Below are positions 34,385-43,587 of a DNA stretch of 64,000 nucleotides, piece after piece (within the stretch, counting starts at the first letter, position 1; each line of letters begins with the position of its first letter). The translations under genes were made by a program, and so were the position numbers. The notes beneath the pieces are model-generated. The model saw only the letters and a list, made by a program, of their open reading frames with translations, did not search any database and was not told where the DNA came from. Origin of the DNA: a virus (taxonomy: Duplodnaviria > Caudoviricetes); IMG/VR virus record IMGVR_UViG_3300035696_002928, positions 1-64,000 of that record, one strand, 5' to 3'.

Positions 34385-36354
34385 AACACGGCCTCCACGA
34401 TCTGGAGAGTTCCGTCCACACCATCCGAACTGGTGTCCCACTGGACGCCGGCCATCAGTTCGCCCATCGTCATTAGCTCCAACTTGCGGTTCTCACGAAT
34501 CACGTCCAGCACGCGCTCGTCGGTGGGCAAATGGATCAAGTCCACAATCAAGCAGCCCAGGTTCAGGTCCATGCCAATACGGTGAATGCGGTCCTCGCTC
34601 TGGATGCGGTACTCCGGCTTCCAAGAGTTGGACCAGTAGACCGCCGTGCGGGCCTCGACCAGTGTCAGGCTCATGCCGCCGGACTCTGGGTTCGCCACGA
34701 AGGCCACCCGCGGATGGTTCATGTTGGCCCAGTAGTCCAGTGGCTCTTCGCTGACAGGCTCGCCGTCGTGCGTGAGCACTTGAAAAGTGCCCTGGTCGCA
34801 CCGCACAACGGTCCACTTCTCCTTGAGGCACAGCCGGGCCACCCGATCCACCGAGCCCGTGAAGCCGGCGAAGATTACAAGACGGCCGGTCTCCTCGTTC
34901 TCGTCCAGGAGCATCTTCAGGGCGGCGTCCTTCGGGCACGGGACCTCGTGGGATGTGCGGATCATCCTCGGGACTTCGCGTGCGCCACCGCACACCGGGC
35001 ACGTCACCGTCTGCTCAATCAGCCGAGCCACCACATCGGGCGGCAATAGGCCAATACCCGGGTACGATTGCTCCGGGTTCTGCGGGTCCACGTACTGCGT
35101 GACCGTGCCGTCGCTGCAATGTGTGCAGGGCTTCGTGCCATCCTGCTCTTCGCGGTACTGGAAGCCGTCGCTCAACTCCCGGAGCAGGGTCATGCCGGTG
35201 ATGGCGTTCGGGGCCGACGACACGACAGCCTCGGCCACGCGGACGATGCTCGCGGACGGCTTGCAGATGATCTTGCGGTAGCGCTTGTCGGGCAGGTCCA
35301 GGCAGTCCTTCTTGTGCTTGATCGTGACCAGCCCCTTGAGCCGTTCGTGCAGGTAGGCGACCTCGTTCGTGCTCGCCTGGAACGGGTGATAGGCGTCCGG
35401 CTCCGTGAGCCCATCCAACTCGTGTGGCCCCGCCTCGCGGGTCTCGCCGCACTTCTCGCACTTCTTCTCGTCGTCCTTCCAGCCGATCCGCTTCTTGAAC
35501 GCGCCTTCGTCGAACTGTTGCAGGACCATGAAGGCCATCCGCTCTTCCATCGCCTTCTGGCTCCCCTCGCGGAGGAACCCGGGCCAGGCGATCTCGCACT
35601 GGCTCCACCAATCCACCGGCGACTTCGGCGACGGGGTGCCGGACATCTCGATCACGAAGCCGTGCTCCAGCCCGTACTTTTCGCGGATCATGTCCGCCAG
35701 GCGTTGGCAGGCTTGCGAGCGCTGCGAGCCGGAGTTCTTGCACCGGCTGGATTCATCGCAGATCATTCCCGCCGGAAACGGCTGGCCGGGCTTCCACTCG
35801 TCCACCCACAGTTTCAGTCCCTCGTAGGTGAAGAACTCGACGTTGAACCGGTCGAAGGGGAAGTTCCACTTGCGGAACTCCCGCTTGATGTTCGGCAGGC
35901 TGGTCTTCGGGCCGACCCAGAACCACCAGTCGATGCTCGACCGCTCGATGACTTCCTGGGCCGACAGGGTTTTGCCCGTGCCCATTTCGGCCGCGAAGAT
36001 GTGGTAGTGGTACGTCAGCCCGTTGTCGGTCAGGTCTTTCTGGTGGTCCTTCAGCGGTCGCGTGTACTCGTGCCGCACCAGCGGCCGGTCGAACCATGCG
36101 TAGGCATCTTCGCCTACGAGGAAGGAAAGCTGAAAGCGGTTGCGCGGGCAGTCCTCCACGGACCAAATCTTCCGCGGGTCCTGCTCGTCGTAGCCGTGCC
36201 AACGCGAGCCGCGCATCGCCTTGATCTCGTCCTTCAGGCTGTAGGGGCTCTTGATGAAGAAAATGCGACCATCCTTGTACTCCAAGGTGGCCGTCACCAG
36301 GATCGGCGTCCCGGAGGAAGTCGTAGTACGCAACTGGGTTTGGACGACGGGCAT
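34381..36354 (-). CDS. SNF2-like superfamily 2 helicase
   Basis: AEMGTGKT, ICDESS, SGTP, QSEDRIHRIG. Confidence 0.85.
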   Translation of the reverse strand: MPVVQTQLRTTTSSGTPILVTATLEYKDGRIFFIKSPYSLKDEIKAMRGSRWHGYDEQDPRKIWSVEDCPRNRFQLSFLVGEDAYAWFDRPLVRHEYTRPLKDHQKDLTDNGLTYHYHIFAAEMGTGKTLSAQEVIERSSIDWWFWVGPKTSLPNIKREFRKWNFPFDRFNVEFFTYEGLKLWVDEWKPGQPFPAGMICDESSRCKNSGSQRSQACQRLADMIREKYGLEHGFVIEMSGTPSPKSPVDWWSQCEIAWPGFLREGSQKAMEERMAFMVLQQFDEGAFKKRIGWKDDEKKCEKCGETREAGPHELDGLTEPDAYHPFQASTNEVAYLHERLKGLVTIKHKKDCLDLPDKRYRKIICKPSASIVRVAEAVVSSAPNAITGMTLLRELSDGFQYREEQDGTKPCTHCSDGTVTQYVDPQNPEQSYPGIGLLPPDVVARLIEQTVTCPVCGGAREVPRMIRTSHEVPCPKDAALKMLLDENEETGRLVIFAGFTGSVDRVARLCLKEKWTVVRCDQGTFQVLTHDGEPVSEEPLDYWANMNHPRVAFVANPESGGMSLTLVEARTAVYWSNSWKPEYRIQSEDRIHRIGMDLNLGCLIVDLIHLPTDERVLDVIRENRKLELMTMGELMAGVQWDTSSDGVDGTLQIVEAVL

Positions 36355-36417
36355 CAGAGTCTTCTCGCGTTTACACGCCTCTTCCAGCCTTGAGCACCGA
36401 GTAAGAGAGCTGACACT

Positions 36418-36450
36418 TACTGAATCAGCGAAAAAATGAAGGCTAGAGTG
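36418..36450 (-). promoter_or_regulatory. Bipartite repeated motif copy 5
   Basis: TACTGAATCAGCG-aaaaaatgaag-GCTAGAGTG; its TAG is the stop codon of the MTase 36443-37636. Confidence 0.8.
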
Positions 36451-37636
36451 ATTTCAGGCGGGCGACCGCGATTTCGCAGTTGTGCTCGCTGAGTTCGACG
36501 CCGATACACGGCCGCCCGAGCCGTTTGGCAGCCAACAGCGTGGAACCGCTGCCGGCGAACGGGTCCAGCACCATCCCGCCCGTAGGCGTAGACAGCAGAG
36601 TGAGGAGATACTCCATCAAGGCAAGGGGCTTGACCGTGGGATGGTCATTCTTCATCCCCGGCGGGTTGCGCTCTTTCTTGTTGGCCTTCGCCGTGTAGAA
36701 GAACCGGCTGGCCCCGCCCGAATCTCCGTAGGTGCCGGCGGCCGTGGCCGTAGGCGGAAAGCCGCGGTGATAGCCGCCGTCCTTGCCGTCCGAGCGCTGC
36801 TGCCCGGGCTTCATCATGCCGCTCTTGAGCGTGCCGGTTTGCTGGTCCAGCATGGCCGCCGCCCCTTCATCCAGGAGCAGGTTTGCCGGCCAGCGCCCGC
36901 ATTCCGAGCCACCCACAGGAGACCGGTTGACACTGACCCAGCCGCCGTCCGACTCCGACCGTGGGTTGCGCGTGCGGATCGTGCTGTCCATCCCGATCCG
37001 GCTGGCGTTGATGTTCAACCCGGCCACGCCCCACTGCTCGGCGTTGTGCGCCAGCGTGCCGTCCAGGGGCTTCATTGCTAACGTGACCGGTTCCCAGGCG
37101 GGCTTCAGTGAGTTGGCCCAACCGGTCCATGCTTTCGCCAGGTCAGTGGCCGGGGCCGTAATGGCGCATTCGGCCGCCGGATTGTGAAGATCACCGTAGA
37201 CCTCGTTCGTGCGGCCGTTGTCGGCAAGCGAGTAGCCGGGCTGACCGACCTTCGTACCGATGACCTCCCGCTTGGCCCCTTTCGCCTTGTCGATCATCAG
37301 GCCCACGTCCGGGGCCTTGGGAAAGCCCTGGCCTTGCAGCCACATGAGGCAATCACGGACCTCCCAACCGGCGTCCTCAATCGCGCAGACGAGCCGGTGA
37401 TAGGTCCGGGTGCCGCCGAAGGCCATGAGCATCGCACCCGGCTTGCACACCCGAAGGAACTTCTCCCAGAACAGCGGACCAGGGACACCGTGGTCCCATT
37501 CGTGGCCCATGAAGTCCAGGCCGTAGGGTGGATCGGTGCAGATGAAGTCCATCGACAATTCGGGCAAGGTCGGCACGATCTCGCGGTTGTCACCGCAGTA
37601 GAGTGTGATGTTGTCACGCTGGTAGTACGGAGTCAT
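36443..37636 (-). CDS. N6-A/N4-C DNA methyltransferase (beta class)
   Basis: ICTDPPYG, HPTVKPLALM, VLDPFAGSGST. Confidence 0.9.
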   Translation of the reverse strand: MTPYYQRDNITLYCGDNREIVPTLPELSMDFICTDPPYGLDFMGHEWDHGVPGPLFWEKFLRVCKPGAMLMAFGGTRTYHRLVCAIEDAGWEVRDCLMWLQGQGFPKAPDVGLMIDKAKGAKREVIGTKVGQPGYSLADNGRTNEVYGDLHNPAAECAITAPATDLAKAWTGWANSLKPAWEPVTLAMKPLDGTLAHNAEQWGVAGLNINASRIGMDSTIRTRNPRSESDGGWVSVNRSPVGGSECGRWPANLLLDEGAAAMLDQQTGTLKSGMMKPGQQRSDGKDGGYHRGFPPTATAAGTYGDSGGASRFFYTAKANKKERNPPGMKNDHPTVKPLALMEYLLTLLSTPTGGMVLDPFAGSGSTLLAAKRLGRPCIGVELSEHNCEIAVARLKSL

Positions 37637-38160
37637 CGCTGTGGCCTGTATTCCAAGAGAAGGGTGGCGTTGTCAGGGGCAGGGCGACTGCGGTAGTCGC
37701 CCCACACGTCCAAACCGGCACCACGAAAGATGCTGTGGACCTTGTTGAAGCCGGCGCGCACCGACAACTTCACCGCGGGCGTAGACCCCGCAGCGACGGC
37801 ATCGCGCCACTGAGCCAAGGTGCCGCTGATGACGGCTGCCGACACGCCACGAGCGGTTGTCTCCGCGGTGACATACGGCATCCCGGAACAGCGCTCCAGG
37901 ATGTCGTACAAGTCGCCGTCCTCGGCGACCAAAAAGACACTGAAGAAGGCGTGAGGCAACAAGTCCGCCGTGAAGCCAGCCGGGGCGTCCGGGTCCCGCA
38001 ACGCCGCCAGACAACTCAGAAACTTCTCCGCCTCTGACAACTCGCGCGGCATCGCCGCCGCGGCGCGCACGGGCGAATAGCCCAGCACTTGCTGGCAGAT
38101 GCTCGTGAACGCACGAAGGTTCACGGCGGGCGACGTTAGCAACAAGCATTCCGGCTTCAT
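37633..38160 (-). CDS. Hypothetical protein with weak ThyX-like fold resemblance
   Basis: HAFFSVFL and VISGTLAQWRDAV resemble ThyX segments; RHR motif absent. Confidence 0.4.
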   Translation of the reverse strand: MKPECLLLTSPAVNLRAFTSICQQVLGYSPVRAAAAMPRELSEAEKFLSCLAALRDPDAPAGFTADLLPHAFFSVFLVAEDGDLYDILERCSGMPYVTAETTARGVSAAVISGTLAQWRDAVAAGSTPAVKLSVRAGFNKVHSIFRGAGLDVWGDYRSRPAPDNATLLLEYRPQR

Positions 38161-38394
38161 GGTGAACACGCAGAGAATGCCTGTCTTGCGGCACGATTGC
38201 CGCAAGACAGGCGAGGATCAGGACCCGCCAGAAGGCCCGTTGGCACGACTGGCGGGGAGCAAATACCTGCCCTTGATGCACGTCACCGAGCGTCGGTGGC
38301 CGATGCGCAGTCGGCCGGCGTTTGCGGGAGCGGTGCGGCAGGTGTGTCTAGCCCTGCCGGAGCCTTTCAGCAGGTCCAGCAGGGAACAGAGAAG

Positions 38395-39141
38395 CTACCG
38401 GGCACGGCTGGTCGGAGCGGGCGCGGCGCGCTGGACACCGTTGTTCTTCACGCTGACGAAGGCGTTGATCTCCTTCACGATGCGGTCCATCGACGGCATC
38501 CGCTCGAAGGTGTCCAGACACTTCACGACGACCGGGACGTGCCACGAGTAGGTGCCCTTTTCCACCAGCCGGCTCTTGAGCGTCAATGGCAATGGAGGAT
38601 GCGGCACCAGGCCGGTCACGTCTTCGCCCCTGGCCACCTTGGCGTCGATGTCCGCCTGCGACAGCGGCAGATAGGAGAAGAGTTTCTTGGATTCCTGGCG
38701 ACCCGATTTGTTGCCGCAGAAGAACTCCAGAAAAAGGTTCTGGCTCCGCTCGTAGACGAGGAAGCTGGGGCCGAACATGCAGTGGCTCTCCTTCTCCGCG
38801 GCCTGTGCCTGGATGCGCTGGAACTCCGCGGAGGCCGGGTCATAGCTGACGATGATCGCCTCGCTGTCGGTCATGTCGATGGCCTTCGGCCGGCGGGCCA
38901 GCGGGATCACGTCGATCTGGTCGCCCAGATCGGTCACTTCCTCGTCGGAAAGGGGAATGCCGTAGTTGCCGGGGCGCACGAGGTTGCGGTTGACCGCCTT
39001 GCCCTTGGTAAACAGTTGCAGGCGGAGGAGGTAATCTGCGCTCTTGGCCAGATCGGTGAACTGCTCATCGCTGCCAAGCTGCGTGGAGGGGAGTTGGTCC
39101 AGGTTCACGGGGACCAGGGCATTGTTCGTGTCGTCGGACAT
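38395..39141 (-). CDS. Probable phage single-stranded DNA-binding/annealing protein
   Basis: LLRLQL, SRLVEKGTYSWHVP; position in the replication module. Confidence 0.5.
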   Translation of the reverse strand: MSDDTNNALVPVNLDQLPSTQLGSDEQFTDLAKSADYLLRLQLFTKGKAVNRNLVRPGNYGIPLSDEEVTDLGDQIDVIPLARRPKAIDMTDSEAIIVSYDPASAEFQRIQAQAAEKESHCMFGPSFLVYERSQNLFLEFFCGNKSGRQESKKLFSYLPLSQADIDAKVARGEDVTGLVPHPPLPLTLKSRLVEKGTYSWHVPVVVKCLDTFERMPSMDRIVKEINAFVSVKNNGVQRAAPAPTSRAR

Positions 39142-39197
39142 TGGTGCTTACCTCAAAACAGGTGCATGAAAACAGCGAAACAAAGCGGACAGAGGAG

Positions 39198-40088
39198 TCA
39201 GTCTTGCTTGTCGGGAATGTCCTTTCTCTTGCGGTTACGGTTCATCACGACCTGGCGTTGGTTCTCGACACTCGCGTGGTCTAGGTGCATCACCCAAGCC
39301 AATGCCGCCCGCCAGGCGTCTAGCAGCGTCTTGCAGTTCTCAGTGGCCAGGACCAGGGCCGAGACGGTCGGCCGCTCGTACTCCGGTTGCAGTTCCTTGA
39401 GGGGCCGCATGTACGGCTGCGGCTTGAAGTCCTCCGTGAAGAAGGCATCCAGCTTCCCTTGCCGCACGGCCTCTTGGAACTGCTTCAGGAATGCTTGGAC
39501 CGCGGCCCGGAACTCGCCCACCGGCATCGTCCGGGCCATGTCGAAGAACTGCGCCTGGTGCTTGTAGGGCACCCGCGCCAACTCATAGGCGGACCCCAAC
39601 GGCATCTCGCCACGGTCCACCGCCTTCTGATACTCCTTTTTCAGGTCCAGCAGCCCCAGGGTCTCGCTGACCCAGCCAGGGCTCTTGTGGAGGATGCGGG
39701 TGCTGATCTCTGCCAAGGTGGCCTCGGGGCGAGCCTCCATGATCCGTTTGATCTGACGGGCATAGTCCATCGGCGTCGTCTCTGGCCGGAGGGCGTTCGC
39801 CTGAATCTGAATCGCCAGCAGGTCGTCGTCCGTCAGGTCCTTGACGAGGCAGGGCGTGGTCGCCAAGCCGGCTTCACGGGACGCCGTGACACGGTACAGG
39901 CCATCCGCCACGTCGTATTTCCCCGGGAAGCGGGCGGACGGCCGGACCAGGATCGGGTTCAGGATGCCACGGTCGGCAATCGAGTCCCGCAACTCCAGGT
40001 AGGCCATCGCCCCGCGATTCACCAGCCGGAGCACCAGCGGCGGGTCCACAAGCTGATCGGTCGGAATCCATCGCAATTCGTCTGTCAC
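39198..40088 (-). CDS. ParB/Spo0J-like protein
   Basis: LRDSIADRGILNPILVR, ADGLYR, IQANALR, HTH. Confidence 0.82.
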   Translation of the reverse strand: MTDELRWIPTDQLVDPPLVLRLVNRGAMAYLELRDSIADRGILNPILVRPSARFPGKYDVADGLYRVTASREAGLATTPCLVKDLTDDDLLAIQIQANALRPETTPMDYARQIKRIMEARPEATLAEISTRILHKSPGWVSETLGLLDLKKEYQKAVDRGEMPLGSAYELARVPYKHQAQFFDMARTMPVGEFRAAVQAFLKQFQEAVRQGKLDAFFTEDFKPQPYMRPLKELQPEYERPTVSALVLATENCKTLLDAWRAALAWVMHLDHASVENQRQVVMNRNRKRKDIPDKQD

Positions 40089-40167
40089 ACCCTTACCAGA
40101 CGGCAGAACAAATCGTTTTTCTAAGACTCCTTAGAAAAATTGCCGCTTCTGCCGTCTGGTAAGGGTG
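40088..40167. repeat. Nested perfect inverted repeat (21-bp outer arms, 10-bp inner arms); bidirectional promoter/origin candidate
   Basis: CACCCTTACCAGACGGCAGAA (40088-40108) / TTCTGCCGTCTGGTAAGGGTG (40147-40167); TTTTTCTAAG (40116-40125) / CTTAGAAAAA (40130-40139). Confidence 0.9.
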
Positions 40168-40223
40168 GCACACCAATTACGCTCTTGAGCGATCGGCGTG
40201 TAAACGCGCTAAACGGAGCCACC

Positions 40224-42902
40224 ATGCCACAGGTAAGTGAAGCCCTGCAAGCCTTCCTGCAAGCCCGCAAGACGGCTGCGAACACCGATCTTCTTGATCG
40301 GTGGTCCATTGCAATGGAAACCCAGGTAAATGTCCTGGCCGGCGATGGCGAGCCCGTGGCCGGCAAGCGCAGCACCTGGACCAACGGCACGGAGACCTGG
40401 TGGTCCATCCGCATTCCGCACGACGCCAACTCGGAGCCAACCTGGGACGACTACAAGCTGACCTTCTCCTTCACCGAGCGTGCCGAGGGGATCGGCTGCA
40501 CGGGCTGGGACTGGCGGGCACGACGCTCCCGCCGGGTGGCTTTCGACTTTGACAGCCTCACGGCGCACGCCAAGGGCGTGGGGCTCAGCAACGAGGATTT
40601 GGAGAAAGTCAAGCAGGCCGCGATGCGGCTTCCCTATATTGAGGTGCGAAAAAGCACGGGTGGAACCGGCCTCCATCTCTATGCGTACTTTGACGACGCC
40701 GGCATCCCCACGGCCAATCACACGGAACACGCCGCCTTGGCCCGCTGCATCCTCGGCATGATGTCGAGCGAGTGCAACTTCGACTTCGCCTCGCAGATCG
40801 ACTGCTGCGGCGGGGTCATGTGGATATGGCATCGCAAGATGACGAAAGCCAATCAGGGGCTCGCCATCATCAAGCCGGCCACCAAGGTCCTTGCTGAAGC
40901 CGATCTGCCGGCCAACTGGCGCGACCATATCGAAGTGGTCACTCGCAAGCGTACAAAGGTCCGCATCAATGAGGTGGCGGAGGATGACCTGGACCCCTTC
41001 GAGGCATTGACCTCCAGCCGGAAGATCATCCCCCTCGACGACAGCCACAAAGCGCAGATCGCCGCGCTCCAGCATACCGGCTACACCACGCTCTGGGTCG
41101 CCGACCACCACCTCTTGCAGACGCACACCTGTGCGCTGAACGAGGTGATGGAAAATCAAGGCAAGGAGCTTGGGCTAGTCGGTGTCTTCGGGACCAATTC
41201 CCAAGGCCGGAATCCCGGCAACCCAAACTGTTTCCTGTTCCCTTTGCCGAACGGCGGCTGGCGGGTCTTCCGCTTTTCGCCCGGCGTAGCCGAAGCAAAC
41301 ACTTGGACGCAAGACGGCCAGGGGTGGACCACCTGCTACTTCAACCATCGGCCGGACCTGACCGCTGCCGCCAAACTTCGCGGTGGAATCGAGGACCCGG
41401 ACAAGGGCGGGTACACGTTCAAGACACCCGAGGACGCTATACACGTCGCCAAGATTCTCGGTGAAGAGAACATTGCCGTGGACCCGATGTTCGTGGATCG
41501 CCGCACGCTGCTCAAGCCGCACAAAGACGGCCGCCTCGTCATGGAGATCGAACGAAAGAGGGGTGACGCGGACCTGAAAGAGCCGGACGGCTGGCTGGCG
41601 AAGAAGACGAAGTGGGTCCGCGTCTTCGAGACCGTCGTTACCGACAAGAAGAACGACGACCTCGGTTTGACGGAGTACGACAATCTGCTGCGTGCCGTCG
41701 AAACCTCCGCCAAGCAATTCGTCGGCTGGGTCGTCCACAAGGATAAGGAATGGGTTGGCGAACCCGCGGCCAACGTGAAGATGCTGCTGCAAAATATCGG
41801 CAATGCCAAGGATGCCGCCGAGTGCATCATGGGCGGAGCCGTTGCGAAAGGGTGGCGGCTGGTCAGCCTGCCCTTCCATGCAGAATACCCCGGCGGCCGG
41901 CAGTGGAACTTGGATGCCGCCCAATTCTTGTACTTGCCAGCGGCCTTGGAACCGGACACGACGCCCGAGCATCCCCACTGGGACATGATCTTCGAGCACA
42001 TCGGCGTCGAATTGACAGTGGCCCTGCGTGATCTGCCCTGGGCACAGCAGGCCAACATCAGGACCGGAGCCGACTACTTGAAGACATGGGTGGCGTGCGC
42101 CTTCCGCGAGCCTTTCGAGCCACTGCCCTACTTGTTCTTGTGGGGCAACGAGAAAGCCGGCAAGAGCGTTCTCCACGAGGCTTTGAGCCTCTTGGTGACA
42201 AAAGGCGTTGTCAAGGCGGACAAGGCCCTTACCAACAACAACGAGTTCAACGGCGAGCTGGCCGGGGCAGTCATTTGTGCCGTGGAAGAAAAGGATGTCT
42301 CCCTCACACCCGGCGCATACGCCCGCATCAAGGAGTACACCACCGCCACCACGTTGTCCATCCGCCAGATGCGGCGAGATGTCTACTCGGTCCCCAACAC
42401 CACCCACTGGATTCAGACAGCCAACAAGCAGTCCGCGTGCCCCGTGATGTCTGGCGACACCCGCATCACGGTCATCGAAGTTGGCGACCTTCTCACTGAG
42501 CAGCAAGTTCCCAAGAAGACCATGCTGCAAAAACTGACCGCCGAGGCCCCGCACTTCATGCACACGCTCTTGAACATGCCGCTTCCGCCACTGTTCGACC
42601 GCCTGCGGCTACCGATGGTGTCCACCGCGAGCAAGACCAGAAGTGAAGAGCTGCACAAGACCGACTTGCAACGCTTCCTGGAGGAATGCTGCCAGGCCCG
42701 AAAGGAGACCTGCTCGCTGCGTTTCGGCGAGTTCTTCGACGCCTTCCAAAAATGGCTCGACGCCGGAGAAAAGCACCTGTGGTCCAAGATCAAGGTGTCC
42801 CGGGAGATGCCGAACCGGCACCGGATCATCCGGGGGCACGCAGGGGACCGCTACGTCCAAGACCTGGTGTTCAAGGCCCCTGTGGAGGCTACACCATGTT
42901 GA
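40224..42902 (+). CDS. Primase-helicase (Prim-Pol-like N-terminus, SF3/D5-like P-loop C-terminus)
   Basis: FDFD, KSTGGTGLHLY; WGNEKAGKS Walker A, CAVEE Walker B, WIQTAN. Confidence 0.8.
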   Translation: MPQVSEALQAFLQARKTAANTDLLDRWSIAMETQVNVLAGDGEPVAGKRSTWTNGTETWWSIRIPHDANSEPTWDDYKLTFSFTERAEGIGCTGWDWRARRSRRVAFDFDSLTAHAKGVGLSNEDLEKVKQAAMRLPYIEVRKSTGGTGLHLYAYFDDAGIPTANHTEHAALARCILGMMSSECNFDFASQIDCCGGVMWIWHRKMTKANQGLAIIKPATKVLAEADLPANWRDHIEVVTRKRTKVRINEVAEDDLDPFEALTSSRKIIPLDDSHKAQIAALQHTGYTTLWVADHHLLQTHTCALNEVMENQGKELGLVGVFGTNSQGRNPGNPNCFLFPLPNGGWRVFRFSPGVAEANTWTQDGQGWTTCYFNHRPDLTAAAKLRGGIEDPDKGGYTFKTPEDAIHVAKILGEENIAVDPMFVDRRTLLKPHKDGRLVMEIERKRGDADLKEPDGWLAKKTKWVRVFETVVTDKKNDDLGLTEYDNLLRAVETSAKQFVGWVVHKDKEWVGEPAANVKMLLQNIGNAKDAAECIMGGAVAKGWRLVSLPFHAEYPGGRQWNLDAAQFLYLPAALEPDTTPEHPHWDMIFEHIGVELTVALRDLPWAQQANIRTGADYLKTWVACAFREPFEPLPYLFLWGNEKAGKSVLHEALSLLVTKGVVKADKALTNNNEFNGELAGAVICAVEEKDVSLTPGAYARIKEYTTATTLSIRQMRRDVYSVPNTTHWIQTANKQSACPVMSGDTRITVIEVGDLLTEQQVPKKTMLQKLTAEAPHFMHTLLNMPLPPLFDRLRLPMVSTASKTRSEELHKTDLQRFLEECCQARKETCSLRFGEFFDAFQKWLDAGEKHLWSKIKVSREMPNRHRIIRGHAGDRYVQDLVFKAPVEATPC

Positions 42903-43081
42903 TCCACGTCTACCGCACGGCTGGCTACGTGACCCGTTCCATTGTGCTCGTCGAACCTGTCGCCGAGGTTGAAATGGATGCCTTCCCGGATGATCCGCAG
43001 GACTTCGCTGACAGGCGTGACGGCGATTACCTCGAAGTTGCACCCGGAGAAGAAGACCGTGAGCAAGTACAGCATGTGTGA
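42896..43081 (+). CDS. Small acidic hypothetical protein
   Basis: GGAGG RBS; ATG at 42896. Confidence 0.55.
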   Translation: MLIHVYRTAGYVTRSIVLVEPVAEVEMDAFPDDPQDFADRRDGDYLEVAPGEEDREQVQHV

Positions 43082-43523
43082 CAACGGCAAGCGACAATCC
43101 TTCGGCAAGGGCCGGGCGATCCGCGACACCGCGGACGACAAGCCGCGGCCCGACCTGATCTCCCCCTTCGCCGAAGAGCGGCAGGGCCACTGGCTCCGCA
43201 TGGGAGCCGCGAAATATGCCGAGCGCAATTGGGAGAACGGGATGCCATTCAGCCGGTGCGTGGCCTCCCTGAAACGGCACCTGATGAAGTTCCAGCAGGG
43301 GTTGAAGGACGAGGACCACCTGGCGGCCATCATGTTCAACGCGATGGCCCTGATCCACTACGAAGAGATGATCGAGCGCGGCGTGTTGCCTGCCAGCCTG
43401 AACGACATGCCAAGCTACCGGGCGGTCATCAAAAGCGCCTTGAGGGCCATCAAGCGGAAGGCCAAGAAGCCGGCCAAGCGCAAGCTGGCGAAGAAGGCCG
43501 CAAGGAAGACCTGCAAATCCTGA
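43059..43523 (+). CDS. DUF5664-like dATP/dGTP diphosphohydrolase
   Basis: KPRPDLI, GAAKYAERNWENG, SLKRHL, EDHLAAIMFN. Confidence 0.85.
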   Translation: MSKYSMCDNGKRQSFGKGRAIRDTADDKPRPDLISPFAEERQGHWLRMGAAKYAERNWENGMPFSRCVASLKRHLMKFQQGLKDEDHLAAIMFNAMALIHYEEMIERGVLPASLNDMPSYRAVIKSALRAIKRKAKKPAKRKLAKKAARKTCKS

Positions 43524-43537
43524 CCCAATCCCAACCG

Positions 43538-43565
43538 CTCCGGCCCCGCACGCGCGGGGCCGGAG
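43538..43565. other. Perfect 12-bp hairpin between co-directional genes
   Basis: CTCCGGCCCCGC-acgc-GCGGGGCCGGAG; no U tract. Confidence 0.6.
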
Positions 43566-43587
43566 GCATCCGACCGAGCAAACCCCC

